Assembly (NCBI GenBank): GCA_964016885.1
Contig: OZ024746.1
Span: 744,001 to 808,000, forward strand
Direction: 5' to 3'
From: Eledone cirrhosa
Lineage: Eukaryota
Length of the DNA stretch: 64,000 bases
Numbering within the stretch: position 1 is the first letter of the stretch; each line of letters opens with the position of its first letter. This document shows positions 14,335-28,389 of the stretch, one piece after another. The notes beneath the pieces were generated by a model. The model did not search any database. It worked only from the letters and a program-made list of their open reading frames with translations, and was not told where the DNA came from. Made by a program: the position numbers and the translations under genes.

Positions 14335-17300
14335 TTGAGTGAGTGGGGATGTGGTCTGAGGGTTACTCCACTCAAATAACAGTGAGTAGGGATGTGGTCT
14401 GAGGATTACTCCACTCCAATAACAGTCAGTAGGGATGTAGTCTGGGAGTCAACTCCACTCCAATAACAGTGAGAAGGGATATAGTCTGGGGGGTCAACTC
14501 CACTCCAATAATAGTCAGTAGGGATGTAGTCTGGGGGTCATTCCACTCCAATAACAGTCAGTAGGGATGTAGTCTGGGGGTCATTCCACTCCAATAACAG
14601 TGAGTAGGGATGTGGTCTGGGGGTCATTCCTCTCCAATAACAGTCAGTAGGGATGTGATCTGGGGGTCATTCCACTCCAATAACAGTGAGTAGGGATGTG
14701 GTCTGGGGGTCATTCCACTCCAATAACAGTCAGTAGGGATGTGGTCTGGGGGTCATTCCACTCCAATAACAGTCAGTAGGGATGTGGTCTGGGGGTCATT
14801 CCACTCCAATAACAGTCAGTAGGGATGTGGTCTGGGGGTCATTCCACTCCAATAACAGTCAGTAGGGATGTGGTCTGGGGGTCATTCCACTACAATAACA
14901 GTCAGTAGGGATGTGGTCTGGGGGTCATTCCACTCCAATAACAGTCAGTAGGGATGTGGTCTGGGGGTCATTCCACTCCAATAACAGTCAGTAGGGATGT
15001 GGTCTGGGGGTCATTCCACTCCAATAACAGTCAGTAGGGATGTGGTCTGGGAGTCAACTCCACTCCAATAACAGAGAGTAGGGATGTAGTCTGGGCGTCA
15101 ACTCCACTCTAATAACAGAGAGTAGGGATATAGTCTGGGGGTCATTCCACTCCAATAACATTCAGTAGGGATGTGGTCTGGGAGTCAACTCCACTCCAAT
15201 AACAGTCAGTAGGGATGTAGTCTGGGGGTCAACTCCACTCCAATAACAGTCAGTAGGGATGTAGTCTGGGGGTCATTCCACTCCAATAACAGTCAGTAGG
15301 GATGTAGTCTGGGGGTCATTCCACTCCAATAACAGTCAGTAGGGATGTAGTCTGGGGGTCATTCCACTCCAATAACAGTCAGTAGGGATGTGGTCTGGGA
15401 GTCAACTCCACTCCAATAACAGTCAGTAGGGATGTGGTCTGGGGGTCATTCCACTCCAACAACAGAGAGTAGGGATGTAGTCTGGGGGTCATTCCACTCC
15501 AATAACAGTCAGTAGGGATGTGGTCTGGGGGTCATTCCACTCCAATAACAGTCAGTAGGGATGTAGTCTGGGGGTCATTCCACTCCAATAACAGTCAGTA
15601 GGGATGTGGTCTGGGGGTCATTCCACTCCAATAAAAGTCAGTAGGGATATAGTCTGGGGGTCATTCCACTCCAATAACAGTCAGTAGGGATGTGGTCTGG
15701 GAGTCAACTCCACTCCAATAACAGTGAGTAGGGATGTAGTCTGGGGGTCAACTCCACTCCAATAACAGTCAGTAGGGATGTAATCTGGGGGTCACTCCAC
15801 TCCAATAACAGTGAGTAGGGATGTAGTCTGGGGGTCATTCCACTCCAATAACAGTCAGTAGGGATGTAGTCTGGGGGTCACTCCACTCCAATAACAGTGA
15901 GTAGGGATGTTGTCTGGGGGTCATTCCACTACAATAACAGTCAGTAAGGATGTAGTCTGGGGGTCATTCCACTCCAATAACAGTCAGTAGGGATGTAGTA
16001 TGGGGGGTCACTCCACTCCAATAAAAGTCAGTAGGGATGTAGTATGGGGTTCACTCCACTCCAATAACAGTCAGTAGGGATATAGTCTGGGGCTCATTCC
16101 ACTCCAATAACAGTCAGTAGGGATGTGGTCTAGGGGTCACTCCACTCCAATAACAGTGAGTAAGGATGTAGTATGGGGTTCACTCCACTCCAATAACAGT
16201 GAGTAAGGATGTAGTATGGGGTTCACTCCACTCCAATAACAGTGAGTAGGGATGTAGTCTGGGGGTCAACTCCACTCCAATAACAGTCAGTAGGGATGTG
16301 GTCTGGGGGTCATTCCACTCCAATAACAGTGAGTAGGGATGTAGTCTGGGGGTCATTCCACTCCAATAACAGTGAGTAGGGATGTAGTCTGGGGGTCATT
16401 CCACTCCAATAACAGTGAGTAGGGATGTAGTCTGGGGGTCATTCCACTCCAATAACAGTGAGTAGGGATGTAGTCTGGGGGTCATTCCACTCCAATAACA
16501 GTGAGTAGGGATGTAGTCTGGGGGTCATTCCACTCCACTAACTGTAAGTAGGGACGTAGTCTGGGGGTCAACTCCACTCCAATAACAGTCATTAAGGATG
16601 TAGTCTGGGGGTCATTCCACTCCAATAACAGTGAGTAGGGATATAGTCTGGGGGTCAACTCCACTCCAATAACAGTCAGTAAGGATGTAGTCTGGGGGTC
16701 ATTCCACTCCAATAACAGTGAGTAGGGATGTAGTCTGGGGGTCATTCCACTCCAATAACAGTGAGTAGGGATGTAGTCTGGGGGTCATTCCACCCCAATA
16801 ACAGTCAGTAGGGATATAGTCTGGGGGTCAACTCCACGCCAATAACAGTCAGTAGGGATGTAGTATGGGGTTCACTCCACTCCAATAACAGTCAGTAGGG
16901 ATATAGTCTGGGGGTCAACTCCACGCCAATAACAGTCAGTAGGGATGTAGTCTGGGGGGGTCACACCACTCCAATAACAGTCAGTAGGGATATAGTCTGG
17001 GGGTCATTCCACTCCAATAACAGTCAGTAGGGATATAGTCTGGGGGTCACTCCACTCCAATACCAGTCAGTAGGGATGTAGTCTGGGGGGGTCACACCAC
17101 TCCAATAACAGTCAGTAGGGATGTAGTCTGGGGGGTCACACCACTCCAATAACAGTCAGTAAGGATGTAGTCTGGGGGTCATTCCACTCCAATAACAGTG
17201 AGTAGGGATGTAGTCTGGGGGTCACTCCACTCCAATACCAGTCAGTAAGGATGTAGTCTGGGGGGTCACACCACTCCAATAACAGTCAGTAGGGATGTAG

Positions 17301-20300
17301 TATGGGGTTCACTCCACTCCAATAACAGTGAGTAGGGATGTAGTATGGGGTTCACTCCACTCCAATAACAGTCAGTAGGGATGTAGTATGGGGTTCACTC
17401 CACTCCAATAACAGTGAGTAGGGATGTAGTCTGGGGGTCAACTCCACTCCAATAACAGTCAGTAGGGATGTAGTATGGGGTTCACTCCACTCCAATAACA
17501 GTGAGTAGGGATGTAGTCTGGGGGGTCATTCCACTCCAATAACAGTGAGTAGGGATGAAGTCAGGAGGTCAACTCCACTTCAATAACAGTCAGTAGGGAT
17601 GTAGTCTGGGGGTCAACTCCACTCCAATAACAGTCAGTAGGGATGTGGTCTGGGGGTCACCTCCACTCCAAAAACAGTGAGTAAGGATGTAGTCTGGGGG
17701 GTCATTCCACTCCAATAACAGTGAGTAGGGATGTAGTCAGGAGGTCAACTCCACTCCAATAACAGTGAGTAGGGATGTAGTCTGGGGGTCAACTCCACTC
17801 CAATAACAGTGAGTAGGGATGTAGTCTGGGGGTCATTCCACTCCAATAACAGTCAGAAGGGATGTAGTCTAGGGGTCATTCCACTCCAATAACAGTCAGA
17901 AGGGATGTAGTCTAGGGGTCATTCCACTCCAATACCAGTCAGTAGGGATGTAGTCTGGGGGTCATTCCACTCCAATAACAGTGAGAAGGGATGTAGTCAG
18001 GAGGTCAACTCCACTCCAATAACAGTGAGTAGGGATGTAGTCTGGGGGTCATTCCACTCCAATAACAGTCAGAAGGGATGTAGTCTAGGGGTCATTCCAC
18101 TCCAATAACAGTCAGAAGGGATGTAGTCTAGGGGTCATTCCACTCCAATAACAGTCAGAAGGGATGTAGTCTAGGGGTCATTCCACTCCAATACCAGTCA
18201 GTAGGGATGTAGTCTGGGGGTCATTCCACTCCAATAACAGTGAGAAGGGATGTAGTCAGGAGGTCAACTCCACTCCAATAACAGTGAGTAGGGATGTAGT
18301 CTGGGGGTCATTCCACTCCAATAACAGTCAGAAGGGATGTAGTCTAGGGGTCATTCCACTCCAATAACAGTCAGAAGGGATGTAGTCTAGGGGTCATTCC
18401 ACTCCAATACCAGTCAGTAGGGATGTAGTCTGGGGGTCATTCCACTCCAATAACAGTGAGAAGGGATGTAGTCAGGAGGTCAACTCCACTCCAATAACAG
18501 TGAGTAGGGATGTAGTCTGGGGGTCATTCCACTCCAATAACAGTCAGAAGGGATGTAGTCAGGAGGTCAATTCCACTCCAATAACAGTCAGTAGGGATGT
18601 AGTCTGGGGGTCATTCCACTCCAATAACAGTGAGTAGGGATGTAGTCTGGGGGTCAACTCCACTCCAATAACAGTCAGTAGGGATGTAGTCTAGGGGTCA
18701 TTCCACTCCAATAACAGTCAGTAAGGATGTTGTCTGGGGGTCAACTCCACTCCAATAACAGTGAGTAGGGATGTAGTCTGGGGGTCATTCCACTCCAATA
18801 ACAGTGAGTAGGGATGTAGTCTGGGGGTCATTCCACTCCAATAACAGTGAGTAGGGATGTAGTCTGGGGGTCATTCCACCCCAATAACAGTCAGTAGGGA
18901 TATAGTCTGGGGGTCAACTCCACGCCAATAACAGTCAGTAGGGATGTAGTATGGGGTTCACTCCACTCCAATAACAGTCAGTAGGGATATAGTCTGGGGG
19001 TCAACTCCACGCCAATAACAGTCAGTAGGGATGTAGTCTGGGGGGGTCACACCACTCCAATAACAGTCAGTAGGGATATAGTCTGGGGGTCATTCCACTC
19101 CAATAACAGTCAGTAGGGATATAGTCTGGGGGTCACTCCACTCCAATACCAGTCAGTAGGGATGTAGTCTGGGGGGGTCACACCACTCCAATAACAGTCA
19201 GTAGGGATGTAGTCTGGGGGGTCACACCACTCCAATAACAGTCAGTAAGGATGTAGTCTGGGGGTCATTCCACTCCAATAACAGTGAGTAGGGATGTAGT
19301 CTGGGGGTCACTCCACTCCAATACCAGTCAGTAAGGATGTAGTCTGGGGGGTCACACCACTCCAATAACAGTCAGTAGGGATGTAGTATGGGGTTCACTC
19401 CACTCCAATAACAGTGAGTAGGGATGTAGTATGGGGTTCACTCCACTCCAATAACAGTGAGTAGGGATGTAGTCTGGGGGGTCATTCCACTCCAATAACA
19501 GTGAGTAGGGATGAAGTCAGGAGGTCAACTCCACTTCAATAACAGTCAGTAGGGATGTAGTCTGGGGGTCAACTCCACTCCAATAACAGTGAGTAAGGAT
19601 GTAGTCTGGGGGGTCATTCCACTCCAATAACAGTGAGTAGGGATGTAGTCAGGAGGTCAACTCCACTCCAATAACAGTGAGTAGGGATGTAGTCTGGGGG
19701 TCAACTCCACTCCAATAACAGTGAGTAGGGATGTAGTCTGGGGGTCATTCCACTCCAATAACAGTCAGAAGGGATGTAGTCAGGAGGTCAACTCCACTCC
19801 AATAACAGTGAGTAGGGATGTAGTCAGGAGGTCAACTCCACTCCAATAACAGTGAGTAGGGATGTAGTCTGGGGGTCAACTCCACTCCAATAACAGTGAG
19901 TAGGGATGTAGTCTGGGGGTCATTCCACTCCAATAACAGTCAGAAGGGATGTAGTCAGGAGGTCAACTCCACTCCAATAACAGTGAGTAGGGATGTAGTC
20001 TGGGGGTCATTCCACTCCAATAACAGTCAGAAGGGATGTAGTCTAGGGGTCATTCCACTCCAATAACAGTCAGAAGGGATGTAGTCTAGGGGTCATTCCA
20101 CTCCAATACCAGTCAGTAGGGATGTAGTCTGGGGGTCATTCCACTCCAATAACAGTGAGAAGGGATGTAGTCAGGAGGTCAACTCCACTCCAATAACAGT
20201 GAGTAGGGATGTAGTCTGGGGGTCATTCCACTCCAATAACAGTCAGAAGGGATGTAGTCAGGAGGTCAATTCCACTCCAATAACAGTCAGTAGGGATGTA

Positions 20301-20858
20301 GTCTGGGGGTCATTCCACTCCAATAACAGTCAGTAGGGATGTAGTCTGGGGGTCAACTCCACTCCAATAACAGTCAGTAGGGATGTAGTCTAGGGGTCAT
20401 TCCACTCCAATAACAGTCAGTAAGGATGTTGTCTGGGGGTCAACTCCACTCCAATAACAGTGAGTAGGGATGTAGTCTGGGGGTCATTCCACTCCACTAA
20501 CTGTGAGTAGGGACGTAGTCTGGGGGTCAACTCCACCCCAATAACAGTCAGTAGGGATATAGTCTGGGGGTCAACTCCACCCCAATAACAGTCAGTAGGG
20601 ATATAGTCTGGGGGTCAACTCCACGCCAATAACAGGCAGTAGGGATGTAGTCTGGGGTCAACTCCACTCCAATAACAGTGAGTACGGATGTAGTCTGGGG
20701 GTCATTCCACTCCAAAAACAGTGAGTAAGGATGTAGTCTGGGGGTCATTCCACTCCAATAACAGTCAGTAGGGATGTAGTCAGGGGGTCAACTCCACTCC
20801 AATAACAGTGAGTAGGGATGTAGTCTGGGGGTCATTCTACTCCAAAAACAGTGAGTAA
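14335..20858. repeat. 43/44-bp tandem satellite (CACTCCAATAACAGTCAGTAGGGATGTAGTCTGGGGGTCATTC), roughly 150 units
   Basis: Directly visible periodicity, with variant units (CAACTC, TCAGGAGG, GAAGGG) recurring in blocks. Confidence 0.98.
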
Positions 20859-20987
20859 TAACTTGGTAGATTTAAAAAAATGGAGCAACTCAAGTACACC
20901 AAAATAGGTTGAAAAAGTTGGTCTTCCAGGCCAACGAAACGGTATGGCTGTTATTAATTGTACAAACATGTATATATAAACACATGC

Positions 20988-21045
<58 letters not shown>

Positions 21046-21047
<2 letters not shown>

Positions 21048-21121
21048 GGTGTCCATAAAATCCGTGTGAAATTTAAAATACTTGTAGCTTTGTGACTATA
21101 CATTGACTTTATGGACACCCT
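21046..21121. mobile_element. Tiny MITE-like element with Tc1/mariner-like ends, inside a TA microsatellite region
   Basis: 14-bp perfect inverted repeat AGGGTGTCCATAAA (21046-21059) / TTTATGGACACCCT (21108-21121). Confidence 0.6.
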
Positions 21122-22183
21122 GTCTGTGTATACGTATATATATATATATATATATAAACTTAATAAAATTAACAAAGAGAGGACAACAAAATGAATGGAA
21201 ACAAGGCAAAATGAAAAACAATTTTTTAAGGGGAAAGCGAAAGGTTTCCAACTTTGGTATATCAAAGACAGGACAACCTCTCTAGTACTGGTGCCATGAT
21301 AAAATATACTAACCCTCACTCATATCTGTTGATATCCATCACTATCACCATCATTCTCTCTCTCTCTCTCTCTCCTACACCTACCAACCTCTCTTTGTAT
21401 CTATTACTTGCTCTCTTCTAAATCCACATATCCTTACTGTTATTCCACCATATTGATCATATTGTTTTCTACCCACCATCAACCAACATGTAAACACTAC
21501 TATCACCCTTATCCTATTTCACTCATAATAATACTTTCTCTTCATCCCACTCTTGTCTGTCATTCCTCTTCTAATTACACTCTTAGTGACATTTACCTGG
21601 AAAGTTAGAGATTACGTGGAGTAGAGCGGACTGTTTAACATTGCTTTGGACAAGACAACACTATAACATGATAAAATACAGCCAGTACCAGATGTCAATT
21701 AAAATGACAAGACAGCACTACCAGTGTTGGTAACAAAATAAAATACAGTCAGTAAATTAAAGATGTCAATTAAAAGGAGACAGTATGGGATAGCTTTAGT
21801 CAAATTAAGGAAATCACAACTTTTCTAGTGCTGAGACAAGTCAAATCAGATGCCCATGTCTTACTCATACAGAACTGTTTCTGGTTTGGTTTCTACAGCT
21901 TGATGTCCTTCCTAAAGCTAACCACATTTACAGTTGATTTAAAACTGCACTATCCACAAGTGTTTTTTAACCTTCATATCATGTCTTCCTATTTTATCTG
22001 ATGAAAACACAAATTTTATTGCATGATGATATTTGTTTTTGAAATGCGCATAATAAAATACATGGAACTCTTTTAACCATCTTTTGATCTTATATATTAT
22101 GTATACTCCAGTCCTACAAACTGTAGAGTGCTTCTTATCCGATATCTGCATTGCTTTATTGTACTACAATAAAACTCACCACC

Positions 22184-22238
<55 letters not shown>

Positions 22239-22630
22239 TAAAATAACAGATTAAAGTTTAAGCAAAGAATCGCTGCTTTCACCCTTAACGGGATCTTCTG
22301 AAACTAAAAAAATCAATCTGTGAACGCAGAAGTAAATATTTCGAAAAACGTTGCAACTGAAGGAAAACAGGAAGACGATACTTTGGCTCGTGAAAACATT
22401 CCATGGCAATAAACGGAAAAAAGCGAAGATAATGCGCCGGAGCGATGAGAACAATTACACGCAAAGACAAAACCACGTTTTTATATATATATATAAAAAT
22501 AAAATTAGAATTTTATTTCTCGCCTTAGCACAGCTGATACATAAATGTAAGTATGCACGTGTACATACACATATATACACATACACACATATATATATAT
22601 ACACATACACACATATATATATACACACAT

Positions 22631-22671
<41 letters not shown>

Positions 22672-22699
22672 TACATATGGGTTATATTGAACATTAATA

Positions 22700-22880
22700 A
22701 TTCTTTCTACTTTTGGCACAAGGCCAGCAATTATCCCAGTGTATTACTGGTACTTTATTTTATCGACCCCGTAAGGATGAAAGGCAAAGTTAACCTCGGC
22801 GGGATTTGAACTCAGAATGGAAAGAGCCGTAACTCTATGCTGCAAAGCATGGCATCAGACCCTCTAACGATTCTGCCAAG
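22700..22880 (-). mobile_element. tRNA-derived SINE copy
   Basis: Minus-strand A-box-like TGGCAGAATCGT near 22867-22878 and B box GTTCAAATCCC near 22801-22811. Same body as other copies in the window. Confidence 0.75.
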
Positions 22881-22882
22881 TT

Positions 22883-23039
22883 ATGTTCAATTCGTTTGTA
22901 AACAAACGGCCCGATTTGAAGCTGTGCTGGTGACCGATTGTCACCAGTTTGTTCAAAAGCCAGTGTTGAACAAACTGGTGACAATCGGCCACCGGCACAA
23001 TTTCATATCGGGCCGTTTGTTTACAAATGAATTGAACAT
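22883..23039. mobile_element. Fold-back (hairpin) MITE-like element, about 157 bp near-perfect palindrome
   Basis: ATGTTCAATTCGTTTGTAAACAAACGGCCCGAT...ATCGGGCCGTTTGTTTACAAATGAATTGAACAT with a short central loop near 22955-22962. A related degenerate piece lies at about 63128-63212. Confidence 0.7.
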
Positions 23040-23204
23040 TATAAAATAAAGTACCAGTAATGTACTGGTTAATTGCTGGCCTTGTGCCGAAAGTAGAAAC
23101 AATTATTAATGTTCAATATAACCCATATGTACATATGTATATATGTATGTGTGTGTATGTATATATGTGTGTGTGTGTGTATTTTCCATTTATAATGAAT
23201 TACT

Positions 23205-23550
23205 GCTATTGCTACATGCTCTGATGGATGTGTAACAGTAATATACGCGAATGGCAAAGCATAAACGAACTGAGAGAGAGACTGAGCATAAGAGGAATCA
23301 AATGCTGTGTGCAGGAGAGGCGGTTGCATTGGTATGGACATGTGATGCGTATGAAGGATGACAGCTGCATAAAAAGGTGCAGAGTACTAGAAGTCAATGG
23401 AAGCCACGGAGTGGGGAGACCCAAGAAGACCTGGGATGAGGTGATAAAAGCCGACCTTACCCAATTACACCTCTCAAAGGCGATGACACAGGACCATGAC
23501 CTCTGGTGTCATGCAGTAATACAGAAGACTGGACCCCTCACGGGTACAAG
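23205..23550 (+). mobile_element. RTE-clade LINE, 3' fragment of the RT ORF
   Basis: Translation ELRERLSIRGIKCCVQERRLHWYGHVMRM...GRPKKTWDEVIKADL matches the typical RTE C-terminal motif (RLxWxGHVxRM...GRPxxxW). Confidence 0.85.
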
Positions 23551-23604
23551 CTGAAGCTGAAGCATATAGACTATATGCCTCCACCCCCTCCCACTAAAAG
23601 TGGT

Positions 23605-23810
23605 CGTGGAGGTGCCACGGCAAAAAAGCACCCAGCACTCACTGTAAATGAGGTTGGTGTTAGGAAGGGCATCCAGCTGTAGAAATCAAGCCAGAATCAG
23701 TTCCTGTATGAGCAAGACAAGGTCACCTGACCAGGCACTGCCCACAACAGGACAACCCGTCTAACCCATGCTAGCATGGAAGAACAGATGTGAAATGGTG
23801 ATGATGATAT
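23605..23810 (+). mobile_element. Retroposon 3' tail family ending in (GAT)n
   Basis: GGCATCCAGCTGTAGAAA...AACCCATGCTAGCATGGAA...GATGATGAT. Related copies at about 12660-12900(-), 29170-29390(-), 38000-38070(-), 40444-40495(-), 54000-54120(+) and 57210-57325(-). Confidence 0.65.
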
Positions 23811-24699
23811 ATATATATATAGTAATAATAAATGTGAAGAATAAAATTCAAAGAGGGCTCGATTGATTTTTTTAGTTTTAGAAGATCCTGTTGAAAGCAG
23901 CTTAAACTTTAATCTGTTAATTTAATGAATATATATATATATATTCATTAAAGTATCAAAGTAACACAATATATTATGAAAACAGCTAAATATGTGTGAG
24001 AGTTGTCAGACTTCTATCACACAATCACACACACACTCAGTCTTTCAGGTCCCCCCAAAAACCAGTCTAATATTCAAAGAAGTTGTAATTAATGTTTATT
24101 ACAGAAAAGAAAAGGAGATGAAGACTGATAATATAGATGGAGTTTGGGAATGTCTTTGAGACATCCTTCTGAAGGTTATGGGCAGATCTGTGGTTGGTAC
24201 AAGGTCCGAGCAAGGCATAGAGTGAAATGGGGTTGAAATAATAAGGTAGATAGAGTCATAAAAGCTAAGAAAGATACCTGGAAAGACTGGGGGAAGCTGA
24301 AGACAATAGTTAAGAGAGGTTTGGCACCAAGTTTAGTTAACAAGGGGAGAAGCACATGTTCTACATGGGAATTAGAAGCATGAGGGTTTTCTAGATTATG
24401 TAACAGAGTGCTAGAGAATATTGAGATGTTGGGGAAAAAACAGGGGAGCATTTGGCTTTAATGATGTTGAAAATAAAGAGGAATGAGGAGCTATTATGAG
24501 AGACAGTCAACATAGAGAGTACACTATAAGGCCTAGGTCAAACTGGGGTTATTAAAAGAAGACAAATGATGATAAATGTGTATATCTGTTTCTTTGGATT
24601 GACACAGCTTGGGCAGCTGGCAGCATTTGTTTATTTCCCACATAATATCTCCTGCAGCTCAATTAATCAATATGTGAAGATCAGTGGCATAAGTCTTTT

Positions 24700-25110
24700 A
24701 CTTCTTTTTTGCTCACTTATTTCTGAAAGGGTTGTGGAGGGCAGAGTCCTCAAACACTCTTTCCAGTGGGTCCTGTCAGAAGCGACTGGTTCCAACTGAT
24801 CTGGTTGGATCCCTAAGTGAGACTAGCCAAGCTCATGGATGATATCTAACCATCTTGCTCCTGGGTCACCTGCCGGCTGGTTTTGCCCAGAAAATCTCCC
24901 CAGCGATTTTTTCCTGAGATATTCTAACCACATGCCCATAGTATCGGAGCTGTGATCTCTTAATTCGGAGAAGTGGCTCTACCTGGAATGACTCTGATCT
25001 CCGAGCTACACATTCTAAGATCCTTTGGAAGAACTCTATTTCGTCATCTTGTATTCGCGATTGTATTCTTTGAGTCATTACCAAAGATTCATAACCATAG
25101 GTAAGGATTG
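24700..25110 (-). mobile_element. RTE-clade LINE 3' fragment (second family)
   Basis: ORF 24866-25135(-): LTYGYESLVMTQRIQSRIQ..EIEFFQRI...RSQLRYYGHVVRI...KPAGR. Confidence 0.85.
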
Positions 25111-26239
25111 ACATAAGTACCTGACATAAAAACAAGTAAGGCTTGGTATCAGGAATACCATCCAGTCATAGAATACTGCCTCAAAAGTCTCATCCAACAT
25201 ATACCAGCATGGAAAAATAGTTATACAACTTATGATAATTTTTGTACATACATATTTGCATTTGTGCAATCATGCATAGATGGTGGACTATACCAGATTT
25301 TTTATGGAGTATGACTGGCGACCCAATAATGAAAACACCTGAGAAACCTCCTTATAAGATGCAACCTTATAAAAGGCCATCTAAATCATGCAGCAACAGG
25401 ATGGAAGAGACCCCACACTGGCTGGATGTCATCAATGAGGATGCAAAGAGGCTGACACGAGAGCACTAGTGACAGAGGGCACTCGTGGACCTGGTTGGCT
25501 CTACACATGATGATGCCTCTGGGATTACTGACCTAGGATGACCCCAGTCTCATTGAAGAAGAAGAAGAAGCATAAATGGTTGACTTTATCAGATGTTTTG
25601 ATGAAGTAAATGTTGACTGAATTACACAATTATTTCCAATTATCAATATAAATAATCAATAAGTTTGGCACTGCTGCTTCTTTAGAAGTGAATGGTATCA
25701 TTTGAAAAATATAATTCTTCTATATGTGAATATTTGAAGTTCCAGCATGATTTAGAGTGATTTCTATCAAAGAGGGCGTTATCCTTAATAAGCCAACAAA
25801 AAAAAGATGTTTGTTCTACAGCTCGTAGCTTTAACCAGGTGGAACATTCATTATAATAGTAAACATAAGTGGGTGTTTGTATGGGGATATATGTATTATA
25901 TATATATATACACACACACATATATATATATATATATACACACATATGTATAAATTTGAGTAATATGCCCCTACACCCAAATATAACACACACATACAAT
26001 CAAATTAATCTGGGCTTTATTGTTCTGAACAAATTTACTTTACATTTGTTTTGTAAATTTTTGTTGTGAAATGACGAGAAGGATATCATGTTATATTTCT
26101 AAAAATTATATTGAATAGAATCTAGTTTGTCAGATCACAGGTCCTTAATTCCTGTTGTCACAGAGGTGCTGACTTGGGTATTTAAGTCCGGCAGCGCCCA
26201 TCTCGCTCCAGGTCTGAACATAGCAGAATTCTTCTAGAT

Positions 26240-26650
26240 GACCTATGGTCATGAATCTTGGGTAAAAATACAATCGCCAATACAAGCGGCCAAAATGAGA
26301 TTCCTTTGGAGGGTCTTTGGAGTAATGTTACTTGATAGAGTGTGTAGTTTGGAGATCAGAGTTGCTCCAGGTAGAGCGGCTCCGAATTAAGAGATCACAG
26401 CTCTGATACTATGGGTATGTCATTAGAATGTCTCAGGACAGATTTTATGGTCAAAACCAACTGGCAGGAGACCCAGTGGCAGACCCTGAGTGAGATAATT
26501 GGATAACATCCATGGGTTTGGCTGGTTTCAGTTGGGGATCCAGCTGGATTAATTGAAGACAGTTGCTTCTGACAGGATCCACTGGAAGGAGTGTCTGACA
26601 ACTGCCCCCACGACCCTCTCAAGAATAAGTGAGCAAAGAAGAAGAAAAAG
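26240..26650 (+). mobile_element. RTE-clade LINE 3' fragment (second family), decayed
   Basis: ACCTATGGTCATGAATCTTGGG...AAGAGATCACAGCTC..ATACTATGGG; inverted homologue of the copies at 24700-25110 and 29450-29935. Confidence 0.8.
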
Positions 26651-28239
26651 AAGATAGAGAGGGAAGAATTGACCCCATGACATCCTGGATTTCATCCCTC
26701 TGTATAACATCTGGGCAAATGTTATTTTCCATAGTCTAGAGTTGACCTAAACCTCATGACTAAAACAGAATAAAGAGAAATTGTTTAGATGTCAGATGAA
26801 CTGTACCTATAATTTAAAGTACTAGCCATGTCACACACATGAGAGCTTGTTGCAACCTCTTCATCATGAGATAGGTGCAAATTTCCAAAGCACCAAAGAC
26901 CATTATATATCTCTCAGAGTCTTGTGTTCCCACCAGTTTATGTTTTGAGAAGTGATGTATAGGTTCTGTCAAGACTTCTGTGTTGCTTGGTTGAGAATGT
27001 CCAAGTTTTATTATCATAGAGTAGTATTGGCTGGATTGTGGATAGGAAAAGTCTGACTTTGGATAAGTTAAGAAGAGTGCAGTGCCAAATATGGTCTAAG
27101 ACTTTGGATGAGTTAAGAATACTACAGTGCCAAATATGGTCTAATTTGTTTCAAGCTAACCATGCTTGGGCTTTTCTGGTGGTAAAATCCAGCCAGCACA
27201 CTCTGTAAAGGGGTAGTGCTAGTCATGATAAAATACACCCAACATACTCTCAAAATTGGTATGACTGGTGCCATGATAAAAAGTACCTATTCCACCCTGT
27301 AAAGTGGTAGTGCTGCTTTTCGTGGTACCAGCACTACCACTTTACAATGTGAATTGGGTGCTTTTCATTGTGGCAGCACCAGTACTACCTCATTACAACA
27401 TTAAGGAGCTCAATGTCCTTGATCTGGCTGTCGGGGCACTTATGGAGTTGAGAATATGTAATACATCTATATATCCAGTATATTCTCTTTCTATTTAAAT
27501 AGAAAGAGAATATAACTGAAATATTTGATTAATAACAGTCTATTTTGTTGTTGCAATAACTAGAAAGTGGCAGGAAATAATGTAGAAAATAGCAACTTTA
27601 TTACTATATTTGATATATCTTATTGTGTCTACCTCACAGAGAAGTGGGATTCTCAACATAATAGGAATCACTATATTATATTAATGAGAGAAAATAATAG
27701 TTTTGTGACATGAAGAGGGAGAGAGGGTGAGACAGAGAGAGAGAGAAAATGGGTAGACAGAGAGAGGGGAGACAGAGAGAGAGAGGGGGAGACATGGGGG
27801 GAAGAGAGAGGGGGTCCTTTCCTAAAATAACATGTCTTGTATTCAACTTCAATTATGAAACTCAATGAAATATTAAGATCACTAGGTTGTTATATTGTTT
27901 CAACAAAGAACATACTCTTGGGTCCCAAATAATAGGGAGTGTAGAATAAACTGGGGGGGGGGGGACAAGATTAAGCTGGAGGGGGTGGAACAAGTGGGGC
28001 CTTTTTTAATGGCAACCAATTTAGAATGTGTACTGAATGTATTTATTGTGGCCCCAGCATGACCTCTGGTTGATGAATGAGAGGAATGAGTGGGAGATGA
28101 TCTTACAAGGGAAACCAACTATAGACATTGACATAGGATCAAAGAAACAACGAAGGAACTGAAAAATGGTAAAGACACTAGTCTGTCAGAGATAGTTGTT
28201 GATGCACAGTAATATTCTAGTCTCCTGTATGATGAACCA

Positions 28240-28385
28240 GTGGAGGTGTGTGGCCTAGTGGTAAAGGTGTTGGACTTACGATCATAATGCTGTGGCTTTG
28301 ATTCCTGGGTTAGTGTCTTGTGTTATTGAGCAAAACACTTCATTTCACGTTGCTTCAGTATACTCAGCTGAAAATGAGTACCAGC
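28240..28385 (+). mobile_element. tRNA-derived SINE (different family), decayed
   Basis: A box TGGCCTAGTGG at 28251-28261, degenerate B box near 28295-28305, then a TTGAGCAAAACACTT core. Confidence 0.6.
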
Positions 28386-28389
28386 AGCA

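Noticed and set aside
16482-20748. Minus-strand ORFs in the 43-bp satellite
   Set aside because: Chance translation of a repeat whose unit is not a multiple of three.
1-20858. Tandem arrays as CRISPR arrays
   Set aside because: No unique spacers, units are head-to-tail, no cas genes, and the context is eukaryotic.
28240-28320. tRNA gene
   Set aside because: A box is present but the B box and cloverleaf are degenerate, and the sequence continues into a SINE core.
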